NCBI GenBank assembly: GCA_928722055.1
Contig: CAKMWN010000002.1
Coordinates: 545,437-609,436, forward strand
Direction of reading: 5' to 3'
Source of the DNA: an uncultured Collinsella sp.
GTDB taxonomy: Bacteria > Actinomycetota > Coriobacteriia > Coriobacteriales > Coriobacteriaceae
DNA: 64,000 nt
Shown here: positions 60,653 to 64,000 of the stretch, piece after piece
How the letters are laid out: every line of letters starts with the position of its first letter
Position numbering within the stretch: position 1 is the stretch's first letter
The notes under the pieces: model-generated
Told to the model about the DNA's origin: nothing
Database searches by the model: none
The model's input: the letters and a program-made list of their open reading frames with translations, nothing else
Program-made: the position numbers and the translations under genes

Positions 60653-61582
60653 ATGTCGTTTACCGCTGAGGTGCGCGACGAGCTTGCGCGCTGCGAACCC
60701 GAATGTGAATACTGCGACTTGTCGACGCTTGCCGCCCTCACGCGCGTGAGCGGTACGCTCTCGCTTACCGGCTCTGGGCGGTATCGTTTGACGGTTGCGA
60801 CTGAGACGGGAGCCGTCGCGCGCACGATGATCACGCTGACGCATCGTATCCTTAAGCTCAAAACGGAGTTCACCGTCCGTAAATCTGTATTGCATAAGGT
60901 TCGAAACTACCTCATCACCTTGCCTGATCAGCCAGACCTGGATAAGGCCTTAGTTCTGCTGGGTATCCTCGAACGTAGGGGAGGACTTGTCGCCGGCGTA
61001 CCCCGACATATCGTTGCCCGTCCTTGCTGTAGACTTGCCTATATCCGCGGCGCGCTCATCGCGGGCGGCTTCGTGGCCGATCCACGCGGCGATTTTCATT
61101 TGGAGATTGCTGTGCAGGGCGAGCAATATGCCAAGGGGCTTTGCGATCTGTTGGAGCAGATTGGGGTCCATGCTCGTGTTAATGCACGGCGGGGGTCATA
61201 TGCCGTGTACATTAAGAGCGCCGAGGAAATCGAGCATCTATTAAAGCTGATTGGCGCCAAGCGCAGCGTTGCCGAGATTGAGGAGGCGCGCGCGGTCAAG
61301 TTGGTTAAGAACGATGTGAACCGTCGCGTGAACGCCGAGCTCGCCAACCAGACCAGAAGCGCCGGTGCCGCCCAACATCAGCTTGCGCTTATCGATGAGC
61401 TCGAGCAGCGTGGCCTTCGTGATGCGCTTCCGGATGCCTTGGCGGTCTTTTGCGACCTGCGCGAGCGCTATCCCGATCTGTCGCTGCGTGATTTGGGGGA
61501 GATGGCTGACCCTCCCTTGTCGAAGTCAGCCCTCTACCATCGTGTTTTACGGCTTGAAAAGCTCATTGAAGCAAACAGGTAG
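60653..61582 (+). CDS. whiA: DNA-binding sporulation/cell-division regulator WhiA
   Basis: 309 aa. MSFTAEVRDELAR N-terminus, LAGLIDADG-like middle domain and a C-terminal HTH (LSKSALYHRVLRLEKL). Confidence 0.9.
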   Translation: MSFTAEVRDELARCEPECEYCDLSTLAALTRVSGTLSLTGSGRYRLTVATETGAVARTMITLTHRILKLKTEFTVRKSVLHKVRNYLITLPDQPDLDKALVLLGILERRGGLVAGVPRHIVARPCCRLAYIRGALIAGGFVADPRGDFHLEIAVQGEQYAKGLCDLLEQIGVHARVNARRGSYAVYIKSAEEIEHLLKLIGAKRSVAEIEEARAVKLVKNDVNRRVNAELANQTRSAGAAQHQLALIDELEQRGLRDALPDALAVFCDLRERYPDLSLRDLGEMADPPLSKSALYHRVLRLEKLIEANR

Positions 61583-61627
61583 TTTGAAGTAACGACTTAT
61601 ATATGGATTTAGCTGCTATTTTAGTAT

Positions 61628-61641
61628 TTAAAACGTTTTAA
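61628..61641. promoter_or_regulatory. 14-bp perfect palindrome in the AT-rich gap-pgk upstream region
   Basis: TTAAAACGTTTTAA, ~135 nt upstream of the gap ATG. Confidence 0.3.
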
Positions 61642-61775
61642 CTTAAATTTGATTTTCAATTTCGAGCATTCTCGTGAAATTCAAGTCAAAAAAAAGGTAT
61701 ATTAGGCGAGTGGTTAGTTTGTGGGCCTCAACGGCGGGCGCTGTAGCTCGCGGGGGCCTTACGAAAGGAGACACA

Positions 61776-62801
61776 ATGGCAGTAAAGGTTGCTATTAACG
61801 GCTTCGGTCGCATCGGTCGTCTGGCTTTCCGTCAGATGTTCGGTCATGAGGGCTCCGAGATCGTCGCTATCAACGACCTCACCTCTCCCGATATGCTCGC
61901 TTACCTGCTGAAGTACGACTCCACGCAGGGCAACTACGCTCGCGATCACGAGGTCGTTGCTGGCGAGGATTCCATCACCGTTGACGGCAAGGAGATCAAG
62001 ATCTACAAGGAGGCCGACGCTAACAACCTGCCTTGGGGCGACCTTGACGTCGACGTCGTTCTCGAGTGCACCGGCTTCTACACCAGCAAGGCTAAGGCTC
62101 AGGCCCACATCAACGCTGGCGCCAAGAAGGTCGTCATCTCCGCTCCGGCCGGCAGCGATCTGCCCACCATCGTGTACAACGTCAACCATGAGACGCTGAC
62201 CGCTGAGGACAACATCATCTCCGCTGCTTCCTGCACCACCAACTGCCTCGCCCCGATGGCCAAGGGTCTGAACGACTTCGCTCCCATCGTGTCCGGCATC
62301 ATGACCACCATCCACGCCTTCACCGGCGACCAGATGCCGCTCGACGGCCCGCAGCGCAAGGGCAACTTCCGTCGCTCCCGCGCCTGCTCCGAGAACATCG
62401 TCCCGAACACCACGGGCGCTGCCAAGGCCATCGGCCTGGTTCTCCCCGAGCTCAACGGCAAGCTCATCGGTGCCGCCCAGCGCGTCCCGACGCCGACCGG
62501 CTCGCTGACCAACCTCTACGCCGTCGTTGACAAGAAGGTCACCGTCGACGAGGTCAACGCTGCCATGAAGGCCTACGCCGAGACCATCCCCGAGACCTTC
62601 GCCTACAACGAGGACCAGATCGTCTCCCGCGACATCGTCGGCGAGACCCACGGCTCCATCTTCGACGCCACTCAGACCATGTGCTCTGACCTCGGCAACG
62701 GCCAGACCCTCGTTCAGGTCACCTCTTGGTACGACAACGAGAACTCCTACACCTCTCAGATGGTCCGCACCATCAAGTACTTCGAGAAGTTCGTTGCTTA
62801 A
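61776..62801 (+). CDS. gap: Glyceraldehyde-3-phosphate dehydrogenase
   Basis: [15 protein letters not shown]...SCTTNCLAP...WYDNE. GAAAGGAG SD. Confidence 0.96.
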   Translation: MAVKVAINGFGRIGRLAFRQMFGHEGSEIVAINDLTSPDMLAYLLKYDSTQGNYARDHEVVAGEDSITVDGKEIKIYKEADANNLPWGDLDVDVVLECTGFYTSKAKAQAHINAGAKKVVISAPAGSDLPTIVYNVNHETLTAEDNIISAASCTTNCLAPMAKGLNDFAPIVSGIMTTIHAFTGDQMPLDGPQRKGNFRRSRACSENIVPNTTGAAKAIGLVLPELNGKLIGAAQRVPTPTGSLTNLYAVVDKKVTVDEVNAAMKAYAETIPETFAYNEDQIVSRDIVGETHGSIFDATQTMCSDLGNGQTLVQVTSWYDNENSYTSQMVRTIKYFEKFVA

Positions 62802-62838
62802 TTTAGCTTTTAGCGAATAGCTCGTTGAGCGTCTAAAG

Positions 62839-62886
62839 AAGGGCGCGGCCTTATAGGGCTTACACCCTAGGGTCGCGCCCTTTTTA
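62839..62886 (+). terminator. Hairpin plus T-tract after gap (partial terminator before pgk)
   Basis: aagggcgcg...cgcgccctt followed by TTTTT. Confidence 0.6.
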
Positions 62887-62941
62887 TAAGAAATCGTCTG
62901 CCGTAATGGGAGGCAGACACGTACGAAAGGTAGAAGCAAAC

Positions 62942-64000
62942 ATGGCCTTTACCAAGAAGACCGTCCGCGACATCGATGTCGACGGAAAGCGCGTTCTCGT
63001 CCGCGTTGACTTTAACGTGCCTATCAAGGATGGCGTCGTTGGCGACACCACCCGTATCAAGGCTGCCCTGCCCACCATCAACTACCTCGTTGAGCACAAC
63101 GCTCGCGTCATCCTCATGAGCCACCTCGGCCGTCCCGAGGGCACCGGCTTCCAGCCCGAGCTGTCCCTCGAGCCCGTCGCCAAGAAGCTCGCTGAGCTCT
63201 CTGGTCTCGACGTTGCCTTTGTCGCTGACACCTACGGCGAGAAGGCTGCTGAGGCTGTCGCCGCCGTCGAGCCGGGTAAGGTCCTCGTTCTCGAGAACGT
63301 CCGTTTTGACAAGCGTGAGAAGAAGAACGATCCCGAGATCGCCAAGAAGCTCGCTTCCTATGGTGACGTCTTCGTTCTCGATGCCTTCGGCACCGCTCAC
63401 CGCGCCCAGGGTTCCGTCGTGGGCCCCGCCGCTTACCTGCCTGCCGTCGCCGGCTTCTTGCTCGAGAAGGAGGTCGACACGCTGACCGGCATCTTCGCCG
63501 AGCCCGAGCGCCCCTTCGTCGCCATCGTCGGCGGTTCCAAGGTTTCCTCCAAGATCGGCGTTCTCGATCACCTCATCGACTCCGCTGACACCCTGATCAT
63601 CGGTGGCGGCATGGCCTACACCTTCTTCCTGGCTCAGGGCCTGTCCGTTGGTCAGTCCCTCAAGGAAGAGGACTGGGTCGAGCGCGCCGGCGAGATGCTC
63701 AAGAAGGCCGAGGAGAAGGGTGTCAAGATCCTACTCCCCATCGACAACCGTGTTGCCGATCACTTTGGCGAGGACGCTGTCCCCGAGGTTGTTGCTTCCG
63801 ACGCTATCCCCGACGATCGTGAGGGTATGGACATCGGTCCCAAGACCGAGGAGCTCTATGCCGAGGCTGTCAAGGGCGCCAAGACCGTGTTCTGGAACGG
63901 CCCCATGGGCGTCTTCGAGTTTGACAACTTTGCTCACGGCACCCAGGCTATCGCCGAGGCTCTCGCCGAGGCTGACTGCACCTCGATCATCGGCGGTGGT
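62942..64000 (+). CDS. pgk: Phosphoglycerate kinase (3' end beyond the window)
   Basis: My own translation from ATG 62942 gives MAFTKKTVRDIDVDGKRVLVRVDFNVPIKDG...LMSHLGRP..., open to 64000. Not in the ORF track because there is no stop inside the window. Confidence 0.93.
   Translation, partial: MAFTKKTVRDIDVDGKRVLVRVDFNVPIKDGVVGDTTRIKAALPTINYLVEHNARVILMSHLGRPEGTGFQPELSLEPVAKKLAELSGLDVAFVADTYGEKAAEAVAAVEPGKVLVLENVRFDKREKKNDPEIAKKLASYGDVFVLDAFGTAHRAQGSVVGPAAYLPAVAGFLLEKEVDTLTGIFAEPERPFVAIVGGSKVSSKIGVLDHLIDSADTLIIGGGMAYTFFLAQGLSVGQSLKEEDWVERAGEMLKKAEEKGVKILLPIDNRVADHFGEDAVPEVVASDAIPDDREGMDIGPKTEELYAEAVKGAKTVFWNGPMGVFEFDNFAHGTQAIAEALAEADCTSIIGGG

Overview
This is a high-GC chromosomal segment. 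The 16S rRNA (26531-28038) looks like Coriobacteriia and, from memory, most like Collinsella; that needs a BLAST check. Almost everything here is core housekeeping.

Gene content, left to right:
- an FHA-domain gene followed by an SPFH-like gene that runs off the left edge
- a frameshifted SDR gene, then hom
- a branched-chain-type amino-acid ABC locus with two tandem binding-protein paralogues plus livHMGF
- a padR-DUF1700-DUF4097' operon
- cutC and a GalT-like HIT gene, then a BASS transporter
- a RecJ exonuclease fused to a RecQ-like helicase, broken by two frameshifts
- relA, an MBL hydrolase, fba, a transglutaminase-like gene, tRNA-Leu(CAA)
- infC-rpmI-rplT and one 16S-23S-5S operon
- coaE, an SLT transglycosylase, uvrB
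- two FAD proteins, mrp, an LtaS-like sulfatase
- uvrA, ybaK, murJ, uvrC
- an approximately 10.4-kb sialic-acid (nan) locus: a PepT-type ABC transporter, two CE7 esterase paralogues, nanA, nanK, nanE
- rapZ-whiA-gap-pgk

I see no CRISPR array, no transposase, integrase or phage genes, and no recognisable defence, toxin-antitoxin or biosynthetic cluster. I cannot point to a convincing multi-gene novel system.

The observations most worth a second look:
1. A family of 27-nt stem-loops with a conserved 13-nt loop and covarying stems sits at both borders of the padR block.
2. The RecJ-RecQ-like fusion gene, and the fact that all five frameshifts in the window fall in just two genes.
3. The nan locus is wedged into the conserved actinobacterial uvrC-rapZ-(yvcK)-whiA-gap-pgk synteny. 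yvcK is missing, and one esterase paralogue lacks its catalytic serine.
4. A 68-bp duplication of the tRNA-Leu 3' end, which looks like an att-type scar.

All family assignments rest on motif recognition by eye. No database search was run.
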